64,000 nucleotides of DNA, taken from positions 23,018,613 through 23,082,612 of the forward strand of contig NC_092392.1 of the NCBI RefSeq assembly GCF_030028105.1, in the 5' to 3' direction. The notes below the pieces were generated by a model. The model was not told where the DNA came from, made no database searches, and saw nothing but the letters and a program-made list of their open reading frames with translations. The stretch comes from Mobula birostris (lineage: Eukaryota). A program made the position numbers and the translations under genes. Positions 13,330 to 26,300 of this stretch are shown here, piece by piece (position 1 is the stretch's first letter; each line of letters opens with the position of its first letter).

Positions 13330-14061
13330 CTTCTTCTGGTAAGATGGCGGCACACTTGGATGCAGTGGCTACTCCATGTCCAATCAAAGATGTATTTGTT
13401 CATCCTGTGTTTCCCTTTTATGATCGCATGTCACTGCTGGATACTAAGATCGTCAATTACTGGTGGCCTATTCCATCACTGAGAGGCTTGATAGCGTTGC
13501 TGTGTTGTTGCCTGGACTTGTTGCATACTGTTGCGCCCAGACGGTGCGCAGTCCAAAAAAAAAGGTGTGAGTGATTGGCTTGGACATTTTTATTGTGATC
13601 CCAAGACCCTGTTGGACGTTGGTAGAATACAGCAAGTCTGGTTCATTGGTTCATTGACGGGATGGACAGTGGTGGAGCTGCATGGCCTTGGTTGTTGCAT
13701 AGACAAGGTCCACATGCCTTGGAGTCGCTTGTTCTAGTCACCGGCAAAGGAAGCACTCAAGCTGGCCTTTGTGCTGCTGGGGTTGGCCTCTTCTGTCATT
13801 GTAACCCTCCAGTGTTTGCTCGGTAGAAGACCAAGCTGAACCAGGACAACTCACGGACTTGGGCTGTATTTTTTTTTCAATTTGTGACTGTGTTTTTCTG
13901 AAATCATAACTATACATGCTAGTTGTGCTTTGTGCTATGTGCAGTGTGTTGTGTGCTGTGTGCTGCTGGCAATGTGTTTTACACATTGGCCCTGGAGGAG
14001 CCCTGTTTTATTTGGCTAGATTCATGTATGGTTAAATGGTCATTAATCTTGAAACTTGAAC
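13330..14061 (+). mobile_element. Non-autonomous retroposon with AAGATGGCGG 5' motif
   Basis: AAGATGGCGG at 13341; LINE-like tail ...TTGAAACTTGAAC; no coding capacity. Confidence 0.5.
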
Positions 14062-14454
14062 GTATGTGGCCCTTCTGCCCACATATGTAAGGACATTGTG
14101 TTGGTAGAAAGAATTAGTTTAGTTGTGCATTTGATTAATTTAATTGTTTCAGCACAACTTTGTGGGCAGTCTGTGTAGATCGTTGATGTAAGACCATAAG
14201 ACATAAGTCATAGGAGCAGAATTAGGCCATTCAGCCTATCGAGTCTGTTCCACCACATTTCACTGTATGTTTTGATGTTTTGATGCATATATGACAAATA
14301 AAGCTAATCTTTAAATCTTTAATCTTATCGAATGCTGGAAAGGTTAGGACATCTGAGAATGACTTACAGCTTATAGTCAATGGATGAAATGCTCAGGTGC
14401 CCAAAATTTGAATTTACTGCAAACTTTACTGCACACTTATGCTTTCATCCAGAT

Positions 14455-14925
14455 TATTTAAATGTGTTACTAACAGCAGAGGTCCTAGTACAGATCTCTG
14501 CAGAGCACCACTAGTCACAGACCTAAAAAAAACCTCCAGCTAGAATAATTCCCATTGATGACTACCCTCTATCTTCTATGGGCAAGCAAAGTTTGGATCC
14601 AAATAGCAAATTCATCCTGGATACAATACATGTTAATCTTCTGGATGGATGTCTCAAGAGGGGCCATATCAAATGCCTTACTAAAACCCATGTAGCCAGC
14701 AACCACAGTTCTACATTCATCAGCCATCTTTGGCACTTCCTCAAGACACTCTGTCAAGTTAGTAGCAAATGACTTGCCTCACAAAAAGGCATGCTGTCCA
14801 TCCCTTATTAGGTCAGAGATTTTTAATTGCTCATATATTCTATCCCAAAGAATCCTCTCCAGTAACTGTGGCTTGAGGTTCCACGGTCTATAGTCTGCTG
14901 GATTATCTTTGTTTCCCTTCTTGAA
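14455..14925 (-). mobile_element. CR1 RT fragment
   Basis: FKKGNKDNPADYRP...GQHAFL; YMGFSKAFD...WIQTLLAHRR. Confidence 0.8.
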
Positions 14926-15625
14926 ACCTTCTCTCAAAACTATGTACTCTACCACCAAGAAGGCCAAGGGTAAAAGCACATTGGACATCTTCCTCTTGTA
15001 GGTCCCCCTTCAAGCTGTGCACCATCCTAACTTAGTAATGTATTATTGGTCATTTATTATCACTGAGCCTATATCTGGAACTCTCTTTCAATGGTCCAGG
15101 GGGATTACATTCACCAGAGCACTTCAGCAGTTAAGTGCGGTGGCTCAACAACACCTCCTCAAGGACAACTAACAATGGACAATAAATGTCGGGCTTCTTA
15201 GCAACACTGAGATCTTGAAAAATAATTAAAGTAAAAGAAATATTTGGGTCCTCGGTGATATTACTTTTATTATTGAAAATGGGGCAAGGCAAGGCGATCA
15301 TTTATTGTCCACCCCTAATTGGTCCTGAACTGTCCAGACAGTTAAAGTATCGATCAAATTGTTGGCTCTGCTATATGATAAAGGTTAAATCCGTGACAGA
15401 GTTCCTTCTGTAGTAAATATTTGTGAAAAAAAATAGGTTTTTACTGTAATTTGGTAGTTTCATGATTACAATTGATGCTATTAGATTTATTTTTAATTCC
15501 ACATTTATTTGTCTAGTTGAATTAAAATTATTCGTTTGTGTTGGTGGTATTTGAGTCCATGACAATAAAAGTGCAATAAGCTGGTAACTTAGTTAGTATG
15601 ATCCATGTCTGTGTACCAATTTATG

Positions 15626-16496
15626 TACACTCAGTGGGCAATACTCTTCTATGTTCGGTGCCCAATTTATTAGGTACACCTGTACACCTGTACGTTAGTG
15701 CAACTATCTAATCAGCCATTCGTGTGGCAGCAAGTCAATACATTAAAGCATGCCAACATGATCAAAGGTTCACTTGTTGTTTAGACCAAACATCTGAATC
15801 GAGAAGAAATGTGATCTAAGTGACTTTGACCGTGGAATAATTGTTGATACCAGAAGGGGAGGTTTCAATATCTCAGAAACAACTGACCTCCATAAGACCA
15901 TAAGACATAGGAGCAGAATTAGGCCAGTCAGCCCATCAAGTCTCCTGGGATTTTCATGTGCAATAGAAGAAGAAGAAGAAGAAGAAAGTCCTTAACTCCG
16001 AGTGGTGTCATTGGGATGCTGTCGTGATGGCGTTTTTTTTAGCAGGCTTTCTTGTTTTTACAAAGCTGAGTTCCTAGCTCGACACTCAACCCAGCAGGGA
16101 TGGAAAGCGTGCAAAGGAGCCGCTGGATTCGAACTCGGGAGGAAGTCCAGCACTGATGCAACTATGCCACCAGCCAGCTAATGTGCAATAGACTCTAGAA
16201 TTTACAGAGAATGGTGCAAAAAACATAAAATATCCAGTGAGCAACAGTTCTGTGGGTGAAATGCCTTGTTAATGAGGAAGTTCAGAGGAGAATGGCCAGA
16301 CTGGTTCAAGCTGACAGGAAGGCAGTTGTAACTCAGACAACTGTGCTTTACAACAGTGGTGTGCAAAAGAACATCTCCGAATGCACAATTTGTCGAATCT
16401 TGAAGTGGATGGGCTACAGCAGCAGAAGACCATGAATGTACACTCAATGCCCGGTTTACTAGGTACAGGAGGTACCCAATAAAGTGTACACTTGTA
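15626..16496 (+). mobile_element. Non-autonomous Tc1-derived element (interrupted)
   Basis: TACACTCAGTGG left TIR; encodes KKCDLSDFDRG...RMARLVQADRK; head-to-head TIR pair at 16439-16496; contains CR1 and SINE inserts. Confidence 0.85.
15968..16180 (-). mobile_element. tRNA-derived SINE with 12-bp TSD
   Basis: Minus strand A-box-like TGGCATAGTTG and B-box GAGTTCGAATCC; (TTC)n tail; TSD ATGTGCAATAGA at 15956-15967 and 16181-16192. Confidence 0.85.
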
Positions 16497-16599
16497 GTCC
16501 TATGCATGCTGTTTGCAGATAATTCTGATTTGTATATTTTAACCACATTGGAGGAGAAGGAGCTAAAGATGATGTTAGAGGGTGATTTCTTCTAGTTCT

Positions 16600-18955
16600 T
16601 AAGACCATAAGACCATAAAATATAGGACCAGAATTAAGCCAAATGGCCCATAAAGTCTGCTCCGCCATTTCATCATGGTTTATCCAATTTTCCTCTCAGC
16701 CCCAATCTCCTACCTTCTCCTTATTTCCATTCATGCCCTGATCAATCACGAATCTGTCAACCTCTGTCTTAAATATACATAAAGTCTTGGGCTCCACGGC
16801 TGCCCGTGGCAAAGAATTCTACAATTTCTCCAATCTCTGGCTAACAAAATTCCTCCTCATCACTGTTCTAAAAGGACGCCTCTCTTTTCTGAGGTTGTGT
16901 TCTCTGGTCTTAAGACTCTCCCACCATAAAAAATATCCTCTCCATATCCACTCTATTAAGGCCTTCCACCATTCGATAGGTTTCAATTAGGTCTCACCTC
17001 ATTCTTCTGAATTCCAGTGAATACAGGCCCAGAGCTATCAAATGCTCTTCATTTAACAAGCCACTCAATTATGGAATCATTTTTGTGAACTTCCTTTGAA
17101 CCCTCTCCAGTTTCAGCACATCCTTTCCAAGATAATATGCCCAAACCTGCTCACAATACTCCAAGTGAGGCCTCATCATTGCTTAGAATGTCTCAACATC
17201 ACATCCTTGCTTTTACATTCTAACATTGCATCTGGCTTCCCCACCACAGACTCAACCTGCAAACTAACCTTTAGAGAATCCTGCACAAGCACTCCCAAGT
17301 CCCTTTGCACCTCAGTTTTTTTGTATTTTCTCTACATTTAGAAAATAGTCAACCCTTTCATTTCTTCTACCAAGAGCATGACCATACACTTCCCAACACT
17401 GTATTCTATCTGCCAATTCTTTGCCCATTCTCCTAATCTGTCAAACTCCTCCTTTAGCCTCTCTACTTCTTCAAACCTACCTGTTTTTCTGCTTGTCTTC
17501 ATATAATCTGCAAACTTTGCAACAAAGCTGTCAATTTCATTACCCAAATGTAACACCTCTGTAGCACCTGTCTTATTGTGTATGACTAGTCACTGCACTC
17601 TTCTGAGATAATCAAATTACATAGTTCTACACTAGGTGTTAGTAGGCCATCAGAAGGTTCTAGGTATTGGAAGGAGACAGTGAATAGAAACCACACACTT
17701 CTGGAGATAAGTTTTATTTATAAAAAAAAGAACAATATATACAAAATATTTCCATGAGCAAAAACAATCCAAAATTCAAACATTCTGTTTAGGTTCCAAA
17801 TCTTAGATATCAAACCAAAACAAATTCCTCTTTAATTAGAATCAGTGAGATTCCTTATTGCTCCAATCTCTCTAATTAATTAGATCTAGGGTTATTCTTA
17901 CTCCTATTTAAATTTTACAGACTAAACTTTCCTTTTTACCTATCCCTAGTTAGTTAGAAAACCAACTATAATTGCTATTCTTAAGTATTATCGTTAACTT
18001 CAGTTTCAGTTCCAGGCAGTATATTTACAAGTTTAAATACAAATTCAAAATTTATATGTACATAGTTTAACTCCTTTCATGACAATTTGCCAACATCACA
18101 ACTTTTAAACAAAGTAAATCTCAATCAGTGACTTATCAAAGTCTTTGCAAAAATACTCAGTTCTTGCAGAAAATCAAATTCGGAGTCTTCGAATGAAAAT
18201 AAACTTACATATTCAACCGTATTAAATCTCGTTCTCTGCTGGTTCTCTGCTGGTTCTTCATCTTGGGTGACTCGCCATCTTGTTTCTTGGTTCTTTGGAA
18301 TGAAATAGTTTATCATCCACAGAAAGTTAATTCACAAACTTGTACAAAAACTTGACCAAATCCTTTGGTATGATTTTACAGAATTAATTCCCGACTACAT
18401 GGTCGGGATTTTGTGCATCCATCTCTGCCGATATTGTCTCACTAAAGCTGCTGCATGTTATAGCTGTAACTTCCATAAATCTTTTATCACTATTGTCTCT
18501 CCTTCAGGGGTTTCACCTTTCAGGCTTTCAATTTAGTAGGGCAAAGATGCTCACTACTAATTCCACTCATAACAGTTCATGTCTTCAGCTTCTATTCATT
18601 GCTGCATTTCTCTCCTTTTCCATCCTGTGTCAACCACGCCCCTCCCTCACAAAACTTATTTTTTCAAATTCTTTTTTTAAAATCCGTAAACCTCATTTTC
18701 ATCCCTCCGCAGGTAGAATATTCCAACATTACACCTTTGGGTTTAATTAACCTGGGTCACACAAATCATTGACATATAACGCTAAAAGTATCAGTCCCAA
18801 TATTGAGTGTATACCATCTGGTCCAGATGACATATCTACTTCCAGATTTTCAGTTTCCCAAGAACTTTCTTCTAGTTATGGTTACTTCACACACTTCATT
18901 CCCCCTGACACCTGGAACTTTCGTCATACTGCTGGTGTCTTCCACAGTGAAGACT
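16600..18955 (-). mobile_element. CR1 LINE 3' portion split by a solo LTR
   Basis: KFADYMK...LGEWAKNWQIEYSVGKCMVM; the CR1 sequence resumes at 18762 (CAAATCATTGACATATAA). Confidence 0.85.
17549..18761. mobile_element. Solo LTR (1213 bp) with 4-bp TSD
   Basis: Starts TGTAAC, ends GTCACA; flanked by CAAA at 17545-17548 and 18762-18765; cleanly interrupts CR1; probable minus-strand AATAAA near 17713. Confidence 0.8.
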
Positions 18956-19673
18956 GTGAAAGACAGGCTGTCTCTGGAGTTATCGAAAATGCTTCATCTA
19001 TGAAACAGTTTAAATTCTCTTTAATGTCTCTTCTTTCCTTTTCAAGGTGGCTGGGGTCCTGTTGGAGTCTGTAATCTACAGCTGCACTCAAGTTGTGGTT
19101 CCTCATGGCAGTGGGTTGTCTAGCATTTTTGATATCTCCTGAAACGGCCTGGAAGTCATGCCTGTGGACAACCCGATTCCTCACCTGTGTCACTGACTGA
19201 AGTGTCATGTGAGATCTGAACATCGAGACAGCAGTGTACACTCCTGTCGAAGTAAGTGATACTACAGACTGTAACATCGAAACAGCGAGCTGATGGCCTT
19301 CCTTCTTGCTGTGGGAAAGGTGATACCTTTCTTTCTCTCATGAGTGAGAGGGAGAGCCTGTTTCATGTCGAAGTGCTGGCAGGAACAGTGCTTTTTTGAT
19401 GGACTCTAGATCATTGTCTCTTTGGGGGCTTCGGTGTTGCTTACATGGAGGGAGGTGGTGGGGCTGATGCTCTTGCTAAGGCATATGAGGTGAAGGGTTG
19501 ATGCTTTGCTGTTGCTTGTGTGAGGGAGCATGGCCTTTGGGGTTCTAACATTTTTCTGTCATTTATTCTTTGGTGTTTTTGTTCTGTTTCATGAATTTAT
19601 GGAAAGAACAAGAATTTCACATTGTATACTGTATACATTCTCTGATATTAAATGGAAACATTGAACCATTGAA
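18956..19673 (+). mobile_element. Non-autonomous retroposon related to 44823-45633
   Basis: Shares the 3' segment TTTGGGGTTCTAACATTT...GTATACATT(T)CTCTGATATTAAATG and a TTGAA-type tail with that copy. Confidence 0.65.
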
Positions 19674-20984
19674 CCTCTTCTCATCAAAGTGATGAAGTTC
19701 CTCGCTGAGAATGAGAATTCCTGCTTCACTTTGCAGTCAATACTCAAGGGAATGCATGGCTTTGAAACTATGACATTTGATAATATGGTTTGTTCAGAGG
19801 GTCATTAGTTAAAGAGATAAGCCTGCAATCTCCCAACATCTTCTCAGAGGAAGAATTTCTGCCTTTTTTGACTTCACTTGAACCGACAGATGCAGAAAAT
19901 AAAAATTCCATCAAAATATCTTTAGAGAGCAGGTTGCCTCTATATCACATCACAGACAAGAAAAAAATGTTTTAACTATGTGTGTGATGACCATATCAAT
20001 TTTCTTCTCATGGCATTTCATGGATGTATGTTAAAAACAATAAGTTCACCTTGAGAGGTAAATGCACAGTTTTTCCTCAGGGCAGGGCAGGAGTAATACC
20101 CTTCAGTGTTGGTAGGACCATTCTCAGGTTGACACAGGAGCACAGAGACCACTTATTCACACCAGGTATATTTCAGATAATGGAAGAGCTCCTCAGCCTT
20201 TGTAAATGTCTCTGTCTGTGACAACTGTTTTAGTGAAATTCACCTCACTTAGTTTGTTGAAACTGGCATGGATCCAAGATAATTTTTAGTCAATTATGCA
20301 CTTAAAAAAACAAAAAAATGGAAAGGTCCAGTTTAAAGGAAGTTTTTGATTTTAGTTTAGTTTGGTTTTGAATTTTATACCTTGACAGCTTTTAAGGTGT
20401 CTTGTGAATAGCTTGATAGAATTCACATAAATTTTAGGCTTTCTATTTATTTTGATACAGTCAGTTTTTTTTTGTTAAAAAGGCCCAGCACTGACTCAGA
20501 ATTTTTGCTTCTGCCCTCCCTTTAGACATTTCATCTTATACTATTATACTGTTTTGGAACAGCAGATATTTCATTGAACGTTTCGTTTGTCCACTGGGTC
20601 TTCTTTTTCTCCTTCATTAGCCCTTTGTGTTTGATGGGACAGTTTAGAGCAACGATCACAGTCTTAGAAACAGAAAGAGTTGAAACTAAAGTAAAAGGTG
20701 GCTGTGTGCATATAAGATTTAAAAGTGCCTCGTTCACATTCATATTCAGCTCCAGATTCGGATTTAGATTCAGATTTATTTATCACACGTCCATCGAAAC
20801 ATATAGTAAAACGTGTCATTTGCGTTACTAACCAACACACCCAAGGATATGCTGGGGGCAGCCTGCAAGCTTACCATACATTCTGGCACCAGTACGGGAA
20901 AGTTTCTCAACAAAATCATTGCTCACCTTCACATATGCCTGAGCTCCCACATCACCATAATCCTGAACAGTTATTTCCCTTAAA

Positions 20985-21940
20985 TTATCCGTTTCTTTGT
21001 CCTAATTTATCATGTGCCACCAAGTACCCCAAAACCTCATCCTTAATAATGAACTCCAACATCTTCCCAAGCTAACTGGCCTATAATTTCCTTTCTTCTG
21101 CCTTGCTCCTTTCTTAAAAAGTGAAATGACGTTTACAATTTTCCAGTCCTCCAGAGCATAGTGATTCTTGAAAGATCATTACTAATGCCTCCACAATCTC
21201 TTCATCTTCCTCTTTCAGAATGCTGTGATATAGTCTATCCGGTCCAGGTGACTTATCTACCTTCAGACTTTTCAGCTTCCCAAGCACCGTCTCCTTAGAA
21301 ATAGCAACTACACTCACTTTTGCCCCCTGACGCTCTCAAATTTCGGGCACGCTGCTCGTGTCTTCCACAGTGAAGACTTCAGCAAACGTCTTACTAAGTC
21401 CATTAGCTATCTCTTTGTCCCCATTACTATGTATCTCTCCTGCACTTTCCAAATTGCCCCCAGAAACTCCAGCAGTTGCTGTTCTGTTGTTATCCCTTCC
21501 AATCAACTTTGGCTAGCTCCTTCTCATGCCTCTGTAATTCCCTTTACTTCTCTGTAATACTTACATATCTGACTTTATCTTCAGCCTCTCAAACTGCAGG
21601 ATGAAAATATCATATTATGATCACAGCTTCCCAATGGTTCCTTTACCTTAATCTCCTAGTTCATTTCTAGTTCATTACACAACACCCGTCCGGAACTGCC
21701 TTTCCACTAGTAGTCTCAAACATGATCTGCTCTCTACAAATCCCATTTTCCCAATCTATCTGCATGTTGAAATACCCCATGACTATCATAACATTGCCCT
21801 TATTAAATGTGTTTTCTAATTCCCTTTGGAATTTATATCCCACATCCTTGATACTGTCTGGGGAATCTTTATAGAGCTGCATAAGGGTCTCTCTACCTTT
21901 ACAGTTTCTCATTCTATATCTTCTTATCCTATGTCATCTC
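20985..21940 (-). mobile_element. CR1 ORF2 fragments (EN and pre-RT)
   Basis: LGKLKSLKVDKSPGPD...IFQESL; MRNCKGRETLM...VMGYFNMQIDW. Confidence 0.8.
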
Positions 21941-22249
21941 ACAGGGTTTTGTTTTGTTCTATTGTGTTCTATGTGTTCTGCCAAGCATTGTAAGCGTGCA
22001 GTGTTGTTGCCAGAATATGTAGTGACGCTTGCAGGTTGCCCCAGGCTGTGTTACTTGTTAATGCAAATGGCAGATTTCACTGTATGTTTCAATGTACTTG
22101 TTATAAACAAATCTGAATCTTATACTGCTTTATGTTCTGTGCTCTATGCTTTAGGAGCCAATTGTGAAACAGTCGGGGGTACACACCAGGCAGCAGCTTT
22201 TGAGAAATACTGAGAAGGATGACAGAGCAAATGTAGGTGGGTCAGGGAC

Positions 22250-22650
22250 AATATTGGTAGTGGTATTGGTATATTATTGTCACACATGCCAAGGAACAGT
22301 GAAACGACTGTCTTGCACATACTGTTTATACAAATCAAATCATTACACAGTGCATTGAGCTAGAACAAGGTAAAACATTAACAATGCAGAATGAAGTATA
22401 AATACTACCAAAAGAAATGCCATGCGTGTACATGATAAAGTGCAAGATCATAACAAAGTAGATTGTGAGGCCAGGAGTCCATCTTATCATACAAGAAGTC
22501 AATTCAATAGAATAATAACAGTGGGGTAGACTCTGTCCTTGAGCCTGGAGGTACATGCTTTCAGATTTTTGTGTCTTCTGCCCAATGGGAGAGGGGAGAA
22601 GAGAGAATATTTGGGGTAGTTGGGGTCTTTGATTATGGTGTTTTATAATG
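22250..22650 (-). mobile_element. Rex/Babar-like LINE 3' end
   Basis: Same 3' UTR and (ACCAAT)n tail as 3195-3610 and 28635-29200. Confidence 0.7.
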
Positions 22651-23329
22651 GGTGCATCCGAAAAGCTCACTGACATTTGGTGCCTTCAGTGGGTTAGATA
22701 TATTTGAAGAATATAGGAATGGTAATTTTAGATTTTCTGACATCCTTTCATCATTCAGTCTAATGCCTTGAAGCCAGACTTATCGAATATCAAATTCTGA
22801 TTGCATTACGTGTCTGCCTGAAATTCCTATGCTCAGTGTTTTAAGAGAGGCACTATTCTATTCAAGTTTCACAGCCTATCATCTTTGTTAGATTACCACA
22901 CTGACACTTCACCTTCAGCTAATTGGTGATTATTTATCCTTGAAGTTATTGGAAGTACAGAGTTCAATTTGAAGTAAAAATAGTCTGATTTTTGAACCTA
23001 GCTTAAAGTCAATATGAATGGATAGAGTGAGAGGTGTTAGTAAGTGCAGTGAATTGTGTATGGCTGAGCTCAAGGGATCTCCCTGTCAAACAACTTGGTA
23101 AGAAATTATTCAAGATTCAAGATTGCTTATTATCATTAATCAAAGGAGAATGAAATGATTGTGACTCTAATTGAATGCAGCCCAATAAACGTAAAAAATA
23201 CAATTAAGAAAAGAATAACAAACACATAATAGAAATAACTATAAAAGCAATCCTATAAAAACAATGTACAAGTAATTGGGCGTGTTCAAATATATATAAG
23301 ATTATCTTATGTACAAAGATTGATTGTAT

Positions 23330-23500
23330 GTCCTCCCATTTTCTTACTCTGTCTCATCTTTTTTCTCGTCCTGATGAAGAGTCTCAGCCTGAAACGTCAA
23401 CTGTACTCTTTTCTATAGATGCTGCCTGGTCTTCTGAGCTCCTCCAGCATTTTGTGTGTGTTGCTTGGATTTCCAGCATTTGCAGATTTTCTCTTGTTTG
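23330..23500 (+). mobile_element. Penelope terminal-repeat fragment with minimal hammerhead motif
   Basis: GTC CTGATGA AGAGTCTCAGCCT GAAA CGTC at 23368-23398, followed by GATGCTGCCTGG...CCAGCATTTTGTGTG. Confidence 0.75.
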
Positions 23501-23769
23501 GAAGTGCATAACGTGATGCCAGGTGCAGGAGTGTCTGTACATAAGGTAACTCTGACAGGAAATGATGAAGTGACGAAGTTACTCTTGGTTTCAGGAACTC
23601 TTCTGGGTAGCAGCAGGGCATATGGAAGCACAATGGGACAATGACTGTGTCAGTGCAGGGATGAGGTGTGGAGTGTAAGCATAACGTCACAGTGCATGGG
23701 GGATGAAGGGTACTGAGAGACTGATGTGGACATCATTATATTATCAAGTTAATTGTGGAGCTTAATCAA

Positions 23770-23950
23770 CTCACAGCTCTGGGCCTGTAGTCGCTGGAGT
23801 TTAGAAGAATGAGTTGATAAGTTTTAAGGGTTGTAGGGAGAAGGCAGGAGAATGGGGTTGAAAGGGATTTTAAAAATCAGCTATGATTGAATGGCTGAGC
23901 AGACCCAATGTGCCGAATGGCCTAATTCTACTCCTATGACCTATGGTCTT
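23770..23950 (+). mobile_element. CR1 3' end fragment
   Basis: GGCCTGTAGTCGCTGGAGTTTAGAAGAATGAG...GGCCTAATTCTACTCCTATGACCTATGGTCT. Confidence 0.7.
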
Positions 23951-24354
23951 TAGTGAGAGCTTGCTGTGTTTCTTACAAAGCTGAAAAAGTCCAGGATTTA
24001 ATTACCTCCCACAGCTGAATGCCAGTGGCTGGCTTTAGATCTATTAGTCACGGCTAGCAACCAAGTGACGCCACTGAGTTCATTTAAGATCAAGGTTACC
24101 TTTCCAACATAATGATGAATTCAGATTAATTTTTACTGAGAACATAGCCCCATATTCTGAACAGTTTTTCTGTTTGTAAACCATAAAGGTATCTGGAAAG
24201 TGGTTCAAGAGATAAATTATTAGTGGTGTCGTGTGATCAAACAATATGGAAACAGGCCCTTCAATCCAGAGTCCTGCTGCCATCAAGCTAATTTCATTTC
24301 ATATTCCCCACATTCCTATTAACTCTCCCTCAGATTCTATCTCTTACCTTGACA

Positions 24355-24550
24355 TGAAGTTTAATTCACGGTGGCCAATTAACGTATCAATTTACATGGA
24401 CTTGAGGAGTAGGAGGAGATAGAAGCACCTGGGAGAAGCTCATGTGGTAACAGGGAGAACGTGCAAACTCCACATGGATCGTACTGGAGGTCAGAGTTCG
24501 AACTCAGGTTGCTGGAACTCTGAGACAGCAGCTCCATTAGCTGTGCCAGT
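24355..24550 (-). mobile_element. V-SINE/HE1-like SINE
   Basis: Reverse complement of GGAGTTTGCACGTTCTCCCTG...; B-box-like GAGTTCGAACTC. Confidence 0.7.
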
Positions 24551-24879
24551 GCATTGGTCAATGATCCCAGAGGCTGGTGAGCCCTGGGGTCTGGGTTCAA
24601 GGTCACTGAGTTCCAGAACTGGAGCCCCAAGTTTGGTAGCCGGATCCTGAGCTTGGTGTTCCACGATCAGCGAGTCCTGGACTGTATGTGTTGTTCTGCC
24701 AAGCATTGTGGGCATGCTATGCTGGCCCCGTAATATGTGGCAACACTTACAGTATGCCCTAAGCACATTCTCAGATTGTATTGGTTGTTAATGCAAATGA
24801 AGCATTTCACTATTTTTTTGATGAAATGTGATTAATAAATAAGTCTAATCTAATCTAACCTGTCTTCAAGTCATATGTA

Positions 24880-25335
24880 GAAAAAAGTGCCAGAAAAGGT
24901 CCAGTAACAGAATGAAGGATCCCATCCACTCTGCTCATGGATTGTATGTCCCACTTCCATCAAGGGGGAGGCTACATAGCACCAGGCCAGGACCACCAGT
25001 CTCAAAAGCAGTTACTTTCCCCAAGCAATAAGGCTGATCAACACCTCCACCCATTAACCCACCCTTCCACACCTCCTGCTACCACTAATTTATCAGTTCC
25101 TGTCGGTCACCCTGTGTACAGACACTCCTATACCTAATGTCACATTATGGACATACAATCAATCTATGTATACAGGCTACCTTATGTATTTATTTGTTGT
25201 GTTTTATTATTATTATTGTGTTCTTCATCTTATAGTGCTTTTTTGTACTGCCTCAGATCCGGAGTAACAATTATTTCATTCTCCTTTACATTTGTGTACA
25301 GGAAATGACATTAAACAATCTTCAATCTTCAATCT
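24880..25335 (+). mobile_element. Rex/Babar-like LINE 3' end
   Basis: KDPIHSAHGLYVPLPSRGRL...RTTSLKSSYFP; tail AAATGACATTAAACAATCTTCAATCTTCAATC. Confidence 0.7.
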
Positions 25336-25944
25336 TATCTAATATAATTTATAATGCTGTGGGTATTTTAGAAGGAAAATCCAGACTCTATTGTTACACC
25401 GTTTCGTTAGGAAATGAAAGGAAGAGGCAAATCACCTTTTTTTCAGACAAGTTGCATCAGAATACAGTATATGACATTTCTTTGCTTGTGTGTAGTGTTC
25501 TTGAAGTTACTTACTGGAACTACTGAATGTCATGCAGATAATGTGCATGAAACACAGCTGAAAAGGCTTTGTTCACCTCAGTCAGATCACCTGTTTCCCA
25601 TACTTCACTGAACCTTACTGGCTCCTTAGCTCAGTCCCAAATGTCCCAGCCCAGGAGACAGCCAAACCTCCTGGAGCCAGCTCCAAATATCTTTCTATCA
25701 AAAAAAAATAAGCTCTTCTCTCCAGAGGATGGCTTGCTAGACCTTCCAGCCACTCTAAGGCCATCCAAACAAACAACTGGGCTTGTAGTATACCTACTTG
25801 TAAAAATAGCTGCTTGTATAACCCCTGAACCAGCTGAAACATTAATATGGCTCTAATTGAAGCCTGCTTGCAGTGTAGGATGTGACAGCAGTCCCTGGCT
25901 TGACCTTCTGTCCAATCCCTCAACTCTGCGAAAAGCGATTTTAA

Positions 25945-26300
25945 AATAGAACATAGAGCAACAGAACACTACAGCACAATGTAAGCACTTCAATCCACGA
26001 TAATGTGCCAATCTTTTATCGTACACAAAGATCTCTTCCCTTCATTTCTGTTATTCATGTGCTTATCTGTGAGTTTCTTGATTGTCCCTAATATATCTGT
26101 CCCTACCATTACCCCTGGTATGGTTCTCCATGCACCCACCACTCTCTGTGTAAAAAAATCTACCTTTGACATCCCCCCTATTCTTCCCTCTAATCACCTT
26201 AAAATTATGCCCTCTTGTATTACCCATTTCTACCCTGGGAAAAGTTATCTCTGGCTGTCCAGTGATCCATAACTTATCTTGTACACCTCTATCAAGTCAG
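25945..26300 (-). mobile_element. CR1 3' end
   Basis: Minus ORF FFTQRVVGAWRTIPG; tail sequence ATAGAACATAG. Confidence 0.8.

Noticed and set aside
16100-16180. tRNA gene
   Set aside because: The A/B boxes belong to a SINE head with a tail and TSD; no full cloverleaf.
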